Of a stretch of 64,000 bases of DNA, positions 16,489-28,058 are shown piece after piece (the stretch's first letter is position 1; the number at the start of each line of letters is the position of its first letter). The notes under the pieces were generated by a model that saw only the letters and a program-made list of their open reading frames with translations, ran no database searches and was not told where the DNA came from. Position numbers and translations under genes: made by a program. Location of the stretch: positions 62,001 through 126,000 of the IMG/VR virus record IMGVR_UViG_3300038465_000091, one strand, 5' to 3'.

Positions 16489-17973
16489 ATGCCAATTACA
16501 GCCTCCAATCCGATTGCACTCTCTCTCGCCAATGCGATTGCTCTGGCGAATGGGTACAATATTGTGGGCTCTGTCCCGAACAACAACAACAACCCGGGCT
16601 ATTTGAAAAACGGGGATGTGGGGTTTGGCGTGGACAGTATGAGAAACACCGTATACGGAACTTCCGAAATGGGGAACATTGCGCTGCAAGCCCAAGCCGC
16701 TCACATTTTGAATGGGGACAACAAAACTTTCAGTTACGATCCTAACAAAACTCCGCTGAGTATCGTAGGGGCAATCCTCGCACCGAATGATGCGACTTGG
16801 ATAAAGAACGTTTCCGCCTCATTGGGGGTCAACCCCGCAACTAAGCTGGGGGCTATTGCCAGCGGTTCGACTCGGGTCACACCCGCACTCCAGATTCTAC
16901 CCAGTAACAAGTTGGCACTGCAAGGGACACTACCGGGGCAGGTGCAACCATCGGACGCGGCATCGGCGGGTAACTCCACGTCCCCTCTCGGGTTTGACGT
17001 GACCGCCGCCGTCCCCGTGGCGGGAGCGACCGTTTATAGCTCGCAGGCGGTGCAAGCCAATGCCGTTAGTCAGAATCTTCAAATTTCCGATGCTTCCATG
17101 AGTGCAGCCCCGTGGTACCAAGACCACAATCTACTCACTGGAAATCAGCGTATTCGCGACAGCGTGTTGCCCGTAGCTTTTCAAGTGTACTTGAGTAAAT
17201 CGAGCAACTCATTGCTGATAAATCCCATGACAAAACAGCCAATCACCCTGCGGTTGAACGCATCTATAACCCAAATTACCATTTTAAGCAAACACGTTGT
17301 CAATCGCCAACCGACCCGCACTGGTATGCTCGTTACGTTTTGGGGTATGGCTGCCGACACCATTAGTGGTACGGCATCAACTGGCGTCTTCATAAACCAA
17401 CTTGGAGTCACGGACTACTTCAGTACAGCTAAAGCCACAGACGATATCACCACAAAAATCGGTATGGCGTATAGCAACGACCCAGACGTGGAGATGGCGG
17501 TAGCCGCCAATCCAGAAGCGTATCGAGTGGCGGCTCAGGACGGCTTCATGGAGTTCCTGAAATTGTTTCAGATGAATGGTAACGTATGGTATACATCGGC
17601 TACGACGACCGATCCCACTCAGTTGAATCAGTCTCAGGTAGCCCCCGCCGTGTGGCAACAAAACGCTGGTGCAACGAACATTCAGCAGAACGCCAGAAAT
17701 AACGACGTGCGATCTAAAGGGTATGTCGTAATGTCGTTCAGAAACAACTTGTATCTGGGGTACTTCAAATCGCTTTCATGGACAATGGACGCCGAGAAGC
17801 CGTTCCAATGGGTTTTCAATTTTACGTTTCAAGTGGAACGCACGCTCACGGCGTACTACTATCCAATAGCGCCAGCGGCCCCAACGGTTACGAATGTTCC
17901 GATCAACACTCACCAAACTCCAACTTTGGCCTTGCCGAGCCCACTGCCGCCGGGTCCATCTACAGGATCATAA
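16489..17973 (+). CDS. Baseplate/tail-tube-initiator-like protein with N-terminal lysozyme-like (NNPG) domain
   Basis: N-terminal NNNPGYL...WIKNVSASLGV; C-terminal YLGYFKSLSWTMDAEKPFQWVFNFTFQVE typical of myophage tube-initiator folds. Confidence 0.6.
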   Translation: MPITASNPIALSLANAIALANGYNIVGSVPNNNNNPGYLKNGDVGFGVDSMRNTVYGTSEMGNIALQAQAAHILNGDNKTFSYDPNKTPLSIVGAILAPNDATWIKNVSASLGVNPATKLGAIASGSTRVTPALQILPSNKLALQGTLPGQVQPSDAASAGNSTSPLGFDVTAAVPVAGATVYSSQAVQANAVSQNLQISDASMSAAPWYQDHNLLTGNQRIRDSVLPVAFQVYLSKSSNSLLINPMTKQPITLRLNASITQITILSKHVVNRQPTRTGMLVTFWGMAADTISGTASTGVFINQLGVTDYFSTAKATDDITTKIGMAYSNDPDVEMAVAANPEAYRVAAQDGFMEFLKLFQMNGNVWYTSATTTDPTQLNQSQVAPAVWQQNAGATNIQQNARNNDVRSKGYVVMSFRNNLYLGYFKSLSWTMDAEKPFQWVFNFTFQVERTLTAYYYPIAPAAPTVTNVPINTHQTPTLALPSPLPPGPSTGS

Positions 17974-17976
17974 GAT

Positions 17977-19107
17977 ATGGCAAACGCAAACGACATCAGC
18001 GACGTACAGACACAGGGAGTAGGCGGCAGCACGACTGGTTCACCTCAGGTGCTCCCCATTAGGGGAGAGAAACGCATCCTGCCAATTCCAGTCAACCCGC
18101 CAACGTTGATTCCTCAGTTTGAGCAAGCCTATAACCATTCAAGTTCAAATCTGGGCTCACCACAGGACGAGGGGTATTACCCAACAGGGCGAACGCAACT
18201 TATTGAGTATCAAGATTTTTACGTTCGCGCTGCATTGAAGCCTTTCGTAGACTATGTGACGATTCGCATCCTGAATCGAGGACAAAGCGCAACGGGAACT
18301 CCCGACCCAACAACTAACGCAATTTATCGGTTTCTCATCAACCCGAGTCAGGTTCAAATCAGTCGAGCAACGCTGGACGCACAGTCATTCGCTCGCTCTG
18401 GATGGCAGTTCGGTATATGGGGTGAGGATGCAGTTCACGTCACGCTTACGGGAAAGACGGCGGGGCAATACTGGTCTTTTGGTATCACCGATAGGTATCA
18501 ACAGTACAGCCAGTCCTACCGCAACCTCGAACAACTTCAGGTGGTATTCGAAAACAACGGCTACTGGTTTGAAGGAGAACAAGCCGCATCAGGCCCACTT
18601 TCCGCTGACTTTGCCCGTCGCCGTATTAAAATGCACCAAGACGTGGAACTTACCGTTGGGAACTTTGTTTGGTCGGGTATGTTTGAGAGTTTAGAGATTT
18701 CTCAAAATGCCGACACGCCGTTTCTTGTGGATTTTACCCTTGCGTTTACCGCGTGGAAGGAGCGATACCGATCTAGTTCCCCATACCCACTCCAAATCGC
18801 AAATAACACACAACGTGGAAATTCGTATTCTGCTTACGCTGCAACGCAATCCGCCACTGCAACGTCTCCGGGGACGGCACAGGCTACCGCCCAGCAACCA
18901 CCATCGGCAACACCCGTTGGTTTAGCCACACCCGCAACCCCCAACGTAAATTCAAATTCGCCAGCGGTTAACTCGTTTTTTACTGGGATCAACCTGTTTC
19001 CAGTGTCCCCCAACGTTAGTGACGCTACGCCCACACAAGTTCCTCTCGCACCCACGATTGGTGGGGGGAGTTTTTCAATTGTAACGGGCACGACTGGAGG
19101 TAAGTAA
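17977..19107 (+). CDS. Baseplate/tail-tube-initiator-like protein
   Basis: FLINPSQVQI...WGED...GMFESLEISQNADTPFLVDFTLAF; paralogous to the C-terminus of the previous gene. Confidence 0.6.
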   Translation: MANANDISDVQTQGVGGSTTGSPQVLPIRGEKRILPIPVNPPTLIPQFEQAYNHSSSNLGSPQDEGYYPTGRTQLIEYQDFYVRAALKPFVDYVTIRILNRGQSATGTPDPTTNAIYRFLINPSQVQISRATLDAQSFARSGWQFGIWGEDAVHVTLTGKTAGQYWSFGITDRYQQYSQSYRNLEQLQVVFENNGYWFEGEQAASGPLSADFARRRIKMHQDVELTVGNFVWSGMFESLEISQNADTPFLVDFTLAFTAWKERYRSSSPYPLQIANNTQRGNSYSAYAATQSATATSPGTAQATAQQPPSATPVGLATPATPNVNSNSPAVNSFFTGINLFPVSPNVSDATPTQVPLAPTIGGGSFSIVTGTTGGK

Positions 19108-22085
19108 TGCCTCTTACCCCAGAACAACAAGCAATCGTTGATGCCACAGGACCAGCGCAGACGACGACATCCGCTCTTTCCAGCCCGACAACAGCGAATG
19201 CGCCCCCAACCACAATTCGCAACATCTCGCAGACGGTTCAAGAGCGAGAAATTATCAAGATTGCCCCCGATTTAGCGGTGTACCTTGAGGGGTTCCCCTA
19301 TCTGGTGAACAACTTCATCAGTGACCCCGAAACAAACAACCCCTACACTGTCGTGGGGTTCAACGATTACGTCACATCGTTTAATGCGGGGTATGACACG
19401 GAGAACCTCATCCCAGCGGCGTCGATTCAACTTACCGTACCGAACCACGTCAAGCATCTTTTTCAAATGCCGGGCGGGAACAACCTTATTCAATCAATGA
19501 TGGCGGTGCAGGTTTTTGCAAAGGGCTACTACTTCGGCAACGACGGCTCAACGCTGTTTCGGCGAGTTTTTAAGGGGATTGTCAGCCACATCTCTATGGC
19601 TGACGATGGTAAGATGCTTTCAATTCAGGTGCAATGTAACGGCACTCTCCGCATGTTGGAGTTGATGCAGGTGGAATTGGCACCCGCTGTAATTTCGAAC
19701 TCCCCTATGGGCACCGTACCCACAAAAACAAATTTGGCGTACTGCAACCCCTACCTGATGATCGTGGACATGTTCCTTCGAAGAATCTCGACCGAGGGAT
19801 ATTACATTGGCACCGTTAACCAGAACAACCCCGCCTTTGGTGCCGAGATAAAAAATTCTTCGGACGCATATAATCAAGCAGTGCTTGCTGGGTTCGTCCC
19901 CAAGTGGCAAAGCATTCTCGACGGGTTGAAAAAAGACGTGCATTTCTATGGGGTCACGTACAAGGAGCCCGCGCTGAATGATCCAACGAAGCTAACCAAT
20001 CTGTCGCTCGTTTATGAAACACAGGACGACAACAAGAAGGGCGCAGCCAACGATAAAATCCCATCGCTAAATGAAACCCAGCAACTCGGGGCTCTTGCAC
20101 TCACTCAAATTGCCCCACTCCCCACCGTAGCCACGGGCACCGTACAAACCACTGCGCCAAGTTCTAACGCCCCTTTCCCCGCCATTCGGCAGTATCTTCC
20201 AGACATGGAAATAGCATCGATTCAACTTTTGAATGGGAAAATTGTCAATCGTTTGGATGAAGTTCGTCAGGTTCTTCACGCCATTCTTTATGAGGGGTAT
20301 CAGGATGTCGATGGTAAGATCATCTTCAAACCGCCCCTTTACAATTTGGATGTAGCAAACGACAACATTGGAACTGCTACAACCACAGTTCCCGCCGCAA
20401 ATAGCGGCGGTGCGGGTGCCACACTACCAAATTCGTCCACTTCCAATGGGGGTGCCAGCCAAGCAAACTCCGCGACCGAAATCACGGCTGCGAATAACCC
20501 GTTCGTTATCTATCTGTCGGAGATCATCACCGAGCAGGAGACCGAAGATGAGGCAGCCGTCCGAGTTACTCGTATGACGGTGCGGGGCAACTGGGAGCCT
20601 AGCTTTCAGTTCGCTGGTTCGGAAGATTATCTCCTCGAAACTGTGGAATATATCGATATTCCGAAGCTACAGAAATTTGGTCTTCGGGAAACCCCAACTC
20701 AGTCAGTCGGCTGGTTTAGAGATGGGGATAAATACGGTTTGTTTGCGTATGCGGTTTCGGAGACAATTCGTGCTAACCGTGGGTATCGCACATACACCTG
20801 CACGATCCCAATGCGCCCAGAACTCAAGCTCGGCTTCCCCGTGTTCCTGCCCCATCGAGACATGTACGGTTATGTCAAATCGATTCAGCTACAGTATAAT
20901 CAGGGCGGGGCGGCAACCATGACGGTTACTCTCGACGCTCTTCGTCGTCGCCCATTGCTGCCGACTCAAAGTACAACCGCCCAAGGAAGCCCAATAACCG
21001 TTTTTGCAAGTCAGCCAGATTTGGTCTATCAGTGGACAAGTGCCCCCGTTCCGCCAACTTCAGGTCAATCCCCCAGCACAACGGTGTCATCCACATACCC
21101 GCAGGGAAGTTCATTCGCCCTCGGCTCATCCCCCTCCAGTTCATTTACTGCGTTGAGTACAAGCTCGTCGAATTCCTGTCTCGTTCAACCCGCCCCGAAT
21201 TCTCCCGCGAATCTCGTGGGGTTGCCAGCGACGGTCCAGACGACACCAGATCAGGCACTAAATCCTCAACAGCAGGCAGTACTCAAAACTCAGCAAACAA
21301 GATTGGGCACTTCGATGGGGATTGAGCCCGACAGCGCGACAGCGTGTTTCCGTGTTCAAAACGATGTTTTTGCGCCGTATCAAATGCCTCTTTCCGTCAC
21401 CCAAACTGCGGGCAGTGTGCCTACATTATCCGCACCCCAAGGAAGTTATTCAACCAATGCGAACGGCGGGGGAGTCTTTAAGAAGCAGCGAGTTGTAGAT
21501 TCAGCGTATTATCACGATATTCGTCGCACAATGCCATTCACGGATGGTAAGGGTTATGAGGTTGTTGCACCATTCCCGTGGGGACGGTACATCACCCTGC
21601 GTCAGGCATTTAAGGAATTCACTCAGGATGGGTACGTCGTTAACCCCCTGTTGGTTGGCCCTGATTCCTACGTTCCCTCCGATCAGGTGCAGGCGCTCCT
21701 CGCAGCGGGATTGGTCACTCCCACGGGTCAGGGCGAGACGGTGGATCAACTGCTAACGCAAATGAGTAAAACAGCGATATCATCCGACACCACCATCATT
21801 GTCCTTTCATATTCAGGGCAAAATACAGTCTCGGATTCGGCGTTGATGACAACCGCTCAGCCCGATGTCAATTCGGCCATTCAGCAGCTTCAAAATACGA
21901 TCACCACCCAAAATCAGGCTATCGCCGTATTAGTAAGCGGTGGGGTTTCGCCAACACAGGCTACGGCTGACGCATTAGCGAGCATCACGACGCCCAACCC
22001 AACTGCAAATATAGGGCTTACATCTAGTCCTTCGTCACCGCCAAAGGATTTGTACCCGACCACGAATCAACAAGGAATTAAGTAA
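19107..22085 (+). CDS. Baseplate hub protein (gp27/GpD-like)
   Basis: RRVFKGIVS, YEGYQDVDGKIIFKPPLYN, IPMRPELKLGFPV...YVKSI motifs. Confidence 0.65.
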   Translation: MPLTPEQQAIVDATGPAQTTTSALSSPTTANAPPTTIRNISQTVQEREIIKIAPDLAVYLEGFPYLVNNFISDPETNNPYTVVGFNDYVTSFNAGYDTENLIPAASIQLTVPNHVKHLFQMPGGNNLIQSMMAVQVFAKGYYFGNDGSTLFRRVFKGIVSHISMADDGKMLSIQVQCNGTLRMLELMQVELAPAVISNSPMGTVPTKTNLAYCNPYLMIVDMFLRRISTEGYYIGTVNQNNPAFGAEIKNSSDAYNQAVLAGFVPKWQSILDGLKKDVHFYGVTYKEPALNDPTKLTNLSLVYETQDDNKKGAANDKIPSLNETQQLGALALTQIAPLPTVATGTVQTTAPSSNAPFPAIRQYLPDMEIASIQLLNGKIVNRLDEVRQVLHAILYEGYQDVDGKIIFKPPLYNLDVANDNIGTATTTVPAANSGGAGATLPNSSTSNGGASQANSATEITAANNPFVIYLSEIITEQETEDEAAVRVTRMTVRGNWEPSFQFAGSEDYLLETVEYIDIPKLQKFGLRETPTQSVGWFRDGDKYGLFAYAVSETIRANRGYRTYTCTIPMRPELKLGFPVFLPHRDMYGYVKSIQLQYNQGGAATMTVTLDALRRRPLLPTQSTTAQGSPITVFASQPDLVYQWTSAPVPPTSGQSPSTTVSSTYPQGSSFALGSSPSSSFTALSTSSSNSCLVQPAPNSPANLVGLPATVQTTPDQALNPQQQAVLKTQQTRLGTSMGIEPDSATACFRVQNDVFAPYQMPLSVTQTAGSVPTLSAPQGSYSTNANGGGVFKKQRVVDSAYYHDIRRTMPFTDGKGYEVVAPFPWGRYITLRQAFKEFTQDGYVVNPLLVGPDSYVPSDQVQALLAAGLVTPTGQGETVDQLLTQMSKTAISSDTTIIVLSYSGQNTVSDSALMTTAQPDVNSAIQQLQNTITTQNQAIAVLVSGGVSPTQATADALASITTPNPTANIGLTSSPSSPPKDLYPTTNQQGIK

Positions 22086-24508
22086 TGAACGTTCAGGATA
22101 ATTCAGTACTCTATCCACCGAGCCCTCTAACAAGAGGCCGAACGCAGTTGCAGTACGAGATTTTCATTGGTCGCGTGCTCTCGGTTGACCAAGAACGGAT
22201 AGTGTTGACGCTAGAAGACATCCGTGACGGTACGGTGTACAAGGAAGTTAGCATCTTCCCAAGCGAACACTCGTCCGTTGAAGCGACTGTTATCCAAATG
22301 CCAGAGCAGTTCTCAACCTGCGTGGCGTGTCATACAATGTACTTGCAGGGGTTCAGCCAGATTGCCATCATAAGCTGGATCACCAGTAACGTTACAAAGG
22401 CTTTGGACGCCATCGCCACTCGTCCGATTTCCGGCACTGTGATTCAAGGGCAGTCCGACCGTCTGCGCGGCACCTACCGAAAAGCTTACCCGGGGCAGAA
22501 GACCTCATCCTATACAGGCGGCTACACGGAAAAGATCGACACGGGTTGGGATCGTGCTGGGTATGACTTCAGTCGAGACCGCCTCGATCCTGAACGTCGG
22601 CAGTGGACTCAGATCACGGGGCGGCACGTCGGATACTCCGATGCGGGTCTCTCTTTTCGTGGCACGGTGAATCGCCCGAATGCGGTCAACATAACCCCCG
22701 CCGTACTGCCTGATGGGAGCTACCAGTACGTATACTATCTCGCACCGGGATCGCAGCCAACCGACCGCTACATGTCGGGTAAGCCCGATGTAATTCCGTT
22801 TGTTGAGAACACGGAACTCACGCAAGAGTTTGCTCTTGATTACCCGCTACCCGCCGAACTTCTTCAGACCGACCTGTTTGACCAGCTTCTCGGAACCACG
22901 CAATCTCCATGGACCCGCACGTCCATTGGTGCGCTCCCGATAACGGGAGCTACGCCCCCCACCACCGTCGATGCAACCGCCGTCATTCCGAAGGTTTTGG
23001 CGGATAACCAGACGTATCTCATACAGCAAGGTGTCGATCATCCGTATGACACCACGGCCACACCAGTAGGTCCGACACTGAATGAGGGTGCTACGCCGCA
23101 ACGTCGAGCGTTCATCGTGGAAAAGGTCGCGGGCACGCTCGTTGGGTACAACCGTTTCGACAAGGGGACCTACGGTCACGTACTTAAGCCAGCCCTGTTC
23201 CCCTACACATCACAAGGGCGCTTCGGTGCGGATGTGGATTCGAGCTATTTGGCGGTTAAGGATTCAACTAATCACGCTGAAGCTCGGCTCGCGGCGTCGG
23301 CTCTTGCAATTCGGTTTCCCCACGAGTACAACACGACTCGCCTTGACGTGACTAAAGAGGGATTCACGAGCATGGAAATCGGTTCTACACTTCCGAAAGA
23401 GAACAACCAATTCGGTGGTGACTACGAGCACCCCCACGGCGCGGGTCGGTCATTGGAAGCTCATTTTGTTGGCAGTGTCAAGGCGGTCATCGGTAAGAAC
23501 CGTGACGAGGAAGAAGCCATTGATCTTCAAGCGTTAGGGCAGGTGGTTGTTCGTATCGGGGCGGACGATCAGGGATTGCCTAACGCTCGTCGCAGCGTAC
23601 AGACACAGATTCGCGGCAAAGCCGATGCCCCAGCCGACCGTCAGTTGCAGTATTGGGACTCTAGCCATCTGGGACTAAAGGTTGCGGGGGATTCAGGCGT
23701 TAACGCTCAGGGCTACAATAAGACTGGTGCCGAAAGCATTTCACTTCAAGCAGCATTCGACGGAGCGGCGGTTATTCGCCTCGGAGCCCGCAACCCCGCC
23801 GCCCTTCGTCGGCATTTGATTAACGGTTACGTGGATGGTCAGGGGATCACCGCATACGGTGTGGGCAATTCAGGCCGAATCGACTCTCATACCGTTGGGC
23901 GTCCGAACTACGGTGGTGGGGACAGTAAGTACGCCTTCCACGACATGACAACGGCTGGCGCACCGACTTTGAACATGTTGCCTTACAACACGGCGGCATA
24001 CAACGCTCTTGGCACGCCCCTTCCAATTAACCCGAACGTGACGCCAGCAACTTCGGCTATGGACCAACACGGGTTGTCGTTTGATTTCCATTCAACTCGG
24101 GATATGTTAGTTCGCGTCGGGAAGAACCCGGGATCGGGTCAATCCATATTGATCGATTCGGCTGGCGGTTTAGTCGCGACTATTGGGAAGGACAACACGG
24201 GGCGTTCGATCACTGCATCGTTTGACGGCGGCGTGCAGATCACCATTGCAGCAAATAATAGCGGCAAGGCCCTCCAGCTTGAGCTTCTAGGTGATATTGA
24301 CATTGTACAGAAGGGCAACTTCCAATTCCTGTGCACGGGCGATCTTGTTACACAGTGTGTGACATGGAATCACGTCAGCCTGACGGATACTATCTTTACG
24401 CAACAGAAACTTGTTCAGTCGTCTTTGACACGCCATACAGTAGAGGCCCCCGATATCGTGCACAATCAAGGAACGCAGGTTCCAGCACCGGGGGGAGAGA
24501 ATAGCTAA
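22085..24508 (+). CDS. Baseplate central spike protein (gp5/GpV-like)
   Basis: N-terminal OB-fold-like GRVLSVD; C-terminal beta-helix-like repeats; follows the hub gene. Confidence 0.6.
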   Translation: MNVQDNSVLYPPSPLTRGRTQLQYEIFIGRVLSVDQERIVLTLEDIRDGTVYKEVSIFPSEHSSVEATVIQMPEQFSTCVACHTMYLQGFSQIAIISWITSNVTKALDAIATRPISGTVIQGQSDRLRGTYRKAYPGQKTSSYTGGYTEKIDTGWDRAGYDFSRDRLDPERRQWTQITGRHVGYSDAGLSFRGTVNRPNAVNITPAVLPDGSYQYVYYLAPGSQPTDRYMSGKPDVIPFVENTELTQEFALDYPLPAELLQTDLFDQLLGTTQSPWTRTSIGALPITGATPPTTVDATAVIPKVLADNQTYLIQQGVDHPYDTTATPVGPTLNEGATPQRRAFIVEKVAGTLVGYNRFDKGTYGHVLKPALFPYTSQGRFGADVDSSYLAVKDSTNHAEARLAASALAIRFPHEYNTTRLDVTKEGFTSMEIGSTLPKENNQFGGDYEHPHGAGRSLEAHFVGSVKAVIGKNRDEEEAIDLQALGQVVVRIGADDQGLPNARRSVQTQIRGKADAPADRQLQYWDSSHLGLKVAGDSGVNAQGYNKTGAESISLQAAFDGAAVIRLGARNPAALRRHLINGYVDGQGITAYGVGNSGRIDSHTVGRPNYGGGDSKYAFHDMTTAGAPTLNMLPYNTAAYNALGTPLPINPNVTPATSAMDQHGLSFDFHSTRDMLVRVGKNPGSGQSILIDSAGGLVATIGKDNTGRSITASFDGGVQITIAANNSGKALQLELLGDIDIVQKGNFQFLCTGDLVTQCVTWNHVSLTDTIFTQQKLVQSSLTRHTVEAPDIVHNQGTQVPAPGGENS

Positions 24509-27500
24509 TGAGCGCCCCTTCAGGTAGTCTTTTTCCGATCTTAACCCCGGGAGCAATCATCCGCCACACCCCTGCGGGCGACCCCACTGTCGAGCAATAC
24601 TACCATAAATCGATGGAGGACGGACGTTTGCTCGAAGCCAGCGTTGGAGATGCGAACAATCAACTGCTCGAATTGAAGATGCGGATCACCAAGGACATTA
24701 ACACTTGGCTGAGCATGAATCAACTTGCCGTAGATGGACAGCTTGGCCACACGCCCCGCGTGCCAAAGTACATTGCGGACTCGATTAAATTGTTGCAAAC
24801 CGTCAGTAAATATCAAAAAGAGTTGTCGGGCGTAATCACGGCGGTGCAACAAAATATCGCCCTACTCCTGACGATGAAGAATAGCCTAACCTCTATGGTT
24901 CAATCGAGCCTGAATGCTCTTGCGAACCTGCTGAACAACATCTGTAATTGGAATCTTCCGAAGATACCGTCTATTCCAAACCTGATCGCTGACGGACATT
25001 TCAACTGGAATGGATTTACCTTCTCTCCGTTGCAAGCGTTCGCGAAGTCAATCGGCAACCTTCCGAAATTCAATTTCAATTTTTCGTTTAGCCAGTGCAA
25101 TTTGCTGAGCTTGGGGTACAACCCCACGACTCAGCCTTCGTCGCTCACTCAGATGAACGGCAACGTCATCAATCCCTCGGCGCTTTTCATCCCACCGCTG
25201 GGCGGCACCATAGCGACTGAGAGCGAAACCCCAGCGCAGATGCAAGCGATTACATCGTTTCCAGTATACGCCGCGTTCAATCCGAACTCATCTATGTTGG
25301 GTGCGGTTCCCGACCCCCACACGATCATCTCGGATTACCAGATGCCGTCCGCGACGTACCAGAGCAACATCGTGAGCATTGTGCCCGCTCTTCGCGGCGA
25401 CACCGTAGAGCCAACCGATCTCGACTACGCCAATCCGAATCTGGTTGTTCGGCAGGCAAATCTCCGCAAGGATTTGGTGCACTACATCACACTGGAACAA
25501 GTGGTTGCTTCGAACTATGACCCGTATATCACATCCGCGTGGTTGTTTTATCTGCAAATCTGTCGTAATGGGCGTGGCGGCAATTGGCTAGCGAGTTTCC
25601 AAGCGGTTTACAATCAATACATCGTGCCGTCTCTCACCGCGTTGGCGAATAACCCCATTCCGTGGAATAACGTACTCGGGAGCTTGGGCGATTTTTACAT
25701 GGGTGTTTGGGTTGCTGGTACGACTTACGAAGCGGGCGACGTAATTGTCTACAACAGTGCATTTTACACCGCCCTTGCCGCGAACACGGGGCTTGAACCC
25801 GACACTAATCCCATCACTTGGCAAACTCCCCCGCCCACGGGTATCGTGTATCAAAACACGCCAACTGACATACCTCTGGTTGACACACTCGTCGCGGCTG
25901 GAGCGGGCACGCAAGCTCAATTAAACATCTTGTGGCGGCTATCTTACGTCGAGGCGTCCTTGTTGGGTTACACTCGGACGGCACTTTGGGACGGCGGTGG
26001 GGATTCGAACTACCTTTCGAGTTTCACTGGAACTGATCTTGATTATCAGCCCACCACGATAGGTACGAATATGACAAGTGAGATTCTGGGCTCGGGGACG
26101 GCGGCATACCCCGTATCCGTCATCATTCCGACCTCGATCAAGGCAATTTTTGATGAAGTTGTGGCTCAGGCGACCCTCAGTATCGCGAATGACACGACAT
26201 ACCAGTCGTCTTACCCGCGATTCAAGTATGTTTATGACCAATTTGCCACGGCAACTCTTGTGGATAGGTTTACTCAATTCTGGAGAACTTTCAACTACAA
26301 TTTATTGCTGCTGCTGGCTCAAGACCCATATCTCGTGTCGTTCGTCGCATCGTATGAGGGTGCGCTGGATTCTGCAATCGACCCGCTCGGCAGCCCCACG
26401 GACTACAACATCATATCGGCGGATGCCGCGAGTCGCAACCGTAGCTGGACTCCCGGGACTCCGCTGTTGAATATTCCCATTGCCCCTATCGTGGCATACG
26501 CAAACAGTACCCCGCCATCTGGCCCGACCAGTGGTTGGTCTTCGGCGACTCAATTTGACGCCAATACTTTCTTGCTGCGCCCCGACGTTCAGGCGCTTCC
26601 AGTTCCAACGCAGTTGGCTATGTTGCGAACGAATATTAGTTATGCGGGGTTGAGTCTATTTGTGCAACAAGCGGTTGCAGAAGTCGATAACCAAATTGCC
26701 AACGCTCAAAGCATTATCTCCTCATCACAACAGTTGGGGTTTGCGGTCGCCGCTTTAGGTGATACCACAGTGGTTCCTCAAGGAGCGGCAGGCGTAGCGG
26801 TGCAATTCGACGAGACAGATTTCGATCTCACGGGCAATGTCACCAGTCCGACCACGTTTACCATTCAAAGCGCGGGAGATTACGCAGGCTACGGGCAGGT
26901 TGTTTGGGATGCGACTGAAATGGGCAATTACACGATCACCGTGACCCAGAATGGGACCCCGATCTACACGATTTCATCCGACCCCTCGGCTTCGCCAGCC
27001 AACCCCCTGACGTTGCCATTCTCGTTCACGGGAAGTTTCGCGGTGGGAGACATTGTGCAGGTGGTTGCTTCCCAAAATACATCATCTCCGCAGAACGTGT
27101 TGCCGACAAGCTATTTCAGCATGATCCTTACGGGCGCAACCTCCGCTCCGTCTGTTGCCCTGATAGCGACGGATATTGCCAATAGTTTTGTGACGGACAA
27201 CCCCATCGCTGCTTTGACGGTTGTTAGGGTCCAACCCGATGGGAGTGTCGCCCCCGTGGACCCGTCTATACCACTCGTCACAGCCGTTACAACGGATGTC
27301 ACAGGCGCGTTCGTGGCAGTTACAGTGGCGACACCCGCCTACGGCAACCCGTACAATTTCACCGTTGGGCAGGTGAATCCAGTTGTGTTTTCAGGTTTGC
27401 ACGTGGCGACTTTCTTAAACGGTCAGGCGGGAACGATCTTCGCTACGCCGACAACCACCACGTTTGTCGTTCAACTTTTCACTCCCACGTCTCACGTGAG

Positions 27501-27849
27501 CTATTCTGCGGTTGAAACCTCGGGCTCCGTGCTGTATGCTATTGATAGTTCGGGCGTCGTACTCGCCCCGCTTCCAGATGGTGTCACCCTCACATCGGCT
27601 GCCGCTGGCGATGCAGTGTCCGTAGGGACCGAGTATGGTGGATTGTTCTCGGCTACGGGAGCCAACCTCACGATTGGCGGCCTTCTCTATGCGGGGCTGG
27701 GCGGCGTCGTTACCCAGAGCTACCAAGACCTCATCAACGGCCCTGCTGTTGGTCCAGTGGGCTGGATCATCTGCGTTGGTAGAGCAATCTCCGCGACCGA
27801 GTTCATCTACGAACCGCACCTTCCGACCCGTTACGCGGCGTTCTTCTAA
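24508..27849 (+). CDS. Virion structural protein with CBM5/12-like carbohydrate-binding module and C1q-like segment
   Basis: WVAGTTYEAGDVIVYNSAFYTALAANTGLEP...W; VQFDETDFD...FTIQSAGDY. Confidence 0.65.
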   Translation: MSAPSGSLFPILTPGAIIRHTPAGDPTVEQYYHKSMEDGRLLEASVGDANNQLLELKMRITKDINTWLSMNQLAVDGQLGHTPRVPKYIADSIKLLQTVSKYQKELSGVITAVQQNIALLLTMKNSLTSMVQSSLNALANLLNNICNWNLPKIPSIPNLIADGHFNWNGFTFSPLQAFAKSIGNLPKFNFNFSFSQCNLLSLGYNPTTQPSSLTQMNGNVINPSALFIPPLGGTIATESETPAQMQAITSFPVYAAFNPNSSMLGAVPDPHTIISDYQMPSATYQSNIVSIVPALRGDTVEPTDLDYANPNLVVRQANLRKDLVHYITLEQVVASNYDPYITSAWLFYLQICRNGRGGNWLASFQAVYNQYIVPSLTALANNPIPWNNVLGSLGDFYMGVWVAGTTYEAGDVIVYNSAFYTALAANTGLEPDTNPITWQTPPPTGIVYQNTPTDIPLVDTLVAAGAGTQAQLNILWRLSYVEASLLGYTRTALWDGGGDSNYLSSFTGTDLDYQPTTIGTNMTSEILGSGTAAYPVSVIIPTSIKAIFDEVVAQATLSIANDTTYQSSYPRFKYVYDQFATATLVDRFTQFWRTFNYNLLLLLAQDPYLVSFVASYEGALDSAIDPLGSPTDYNIISADAASRNRSWTPGTPLLNIPIAPIVAYANSTPPSGPTSGWSSATQFDANTFLLRPDVQALPVPTQLAMLRTNISYAGLSLFVQQAVAEVDNQIANAQSIISSSQQLGFAVAALGDTTVVPQGAAGVAVQFDETDFDLTGNVTSPTTFTIQSAGDYAGYGQVVWDATEMGNYTITVTQNGTPIYTISSDPSASPANPLTLPFSFTGSFAVGDIVQVVASQNTSSPQNVLPTSYFSMILTGATSAPSVALIATDIANSFVTDNPIAALTVVRVQPDGSVAPVDPSIPLVTAVTTDVTGAFVAVTVATPAYGNPYNFTVGQVNPVVFSGLHVATFLNGQAGTIFATPTTTTFVVQLFTPTSHVSYSAVETSGSVLYAIDSSGVVLAPLPDGVTLTSAAAGDAVSVGTEYGGLFSATGANLTIGGLLYAGLGGVVTQSYQDLINGPAVGPVGWIICVGRAISATEFIYEPHLPTRYAAFF

Positions 27850-28058
27850 ACCTGTAACCCATTGTGGTCATTGGGTTTATAAAAAACCACCCTAGTTTAC
27901 CCAATATCACCCCCTATATGTACCCGTTTCACCCGAAGTCAAAGATAAGTCCTTTGTCTTCAATGGTTTATATTCATAGATATTAGGCATTTTAGGTTGG
28001 TATAATGGCAGGAGCGATGATAGAATGAAACATTGTCCGAAAAAGAAAGGGGACGAAC

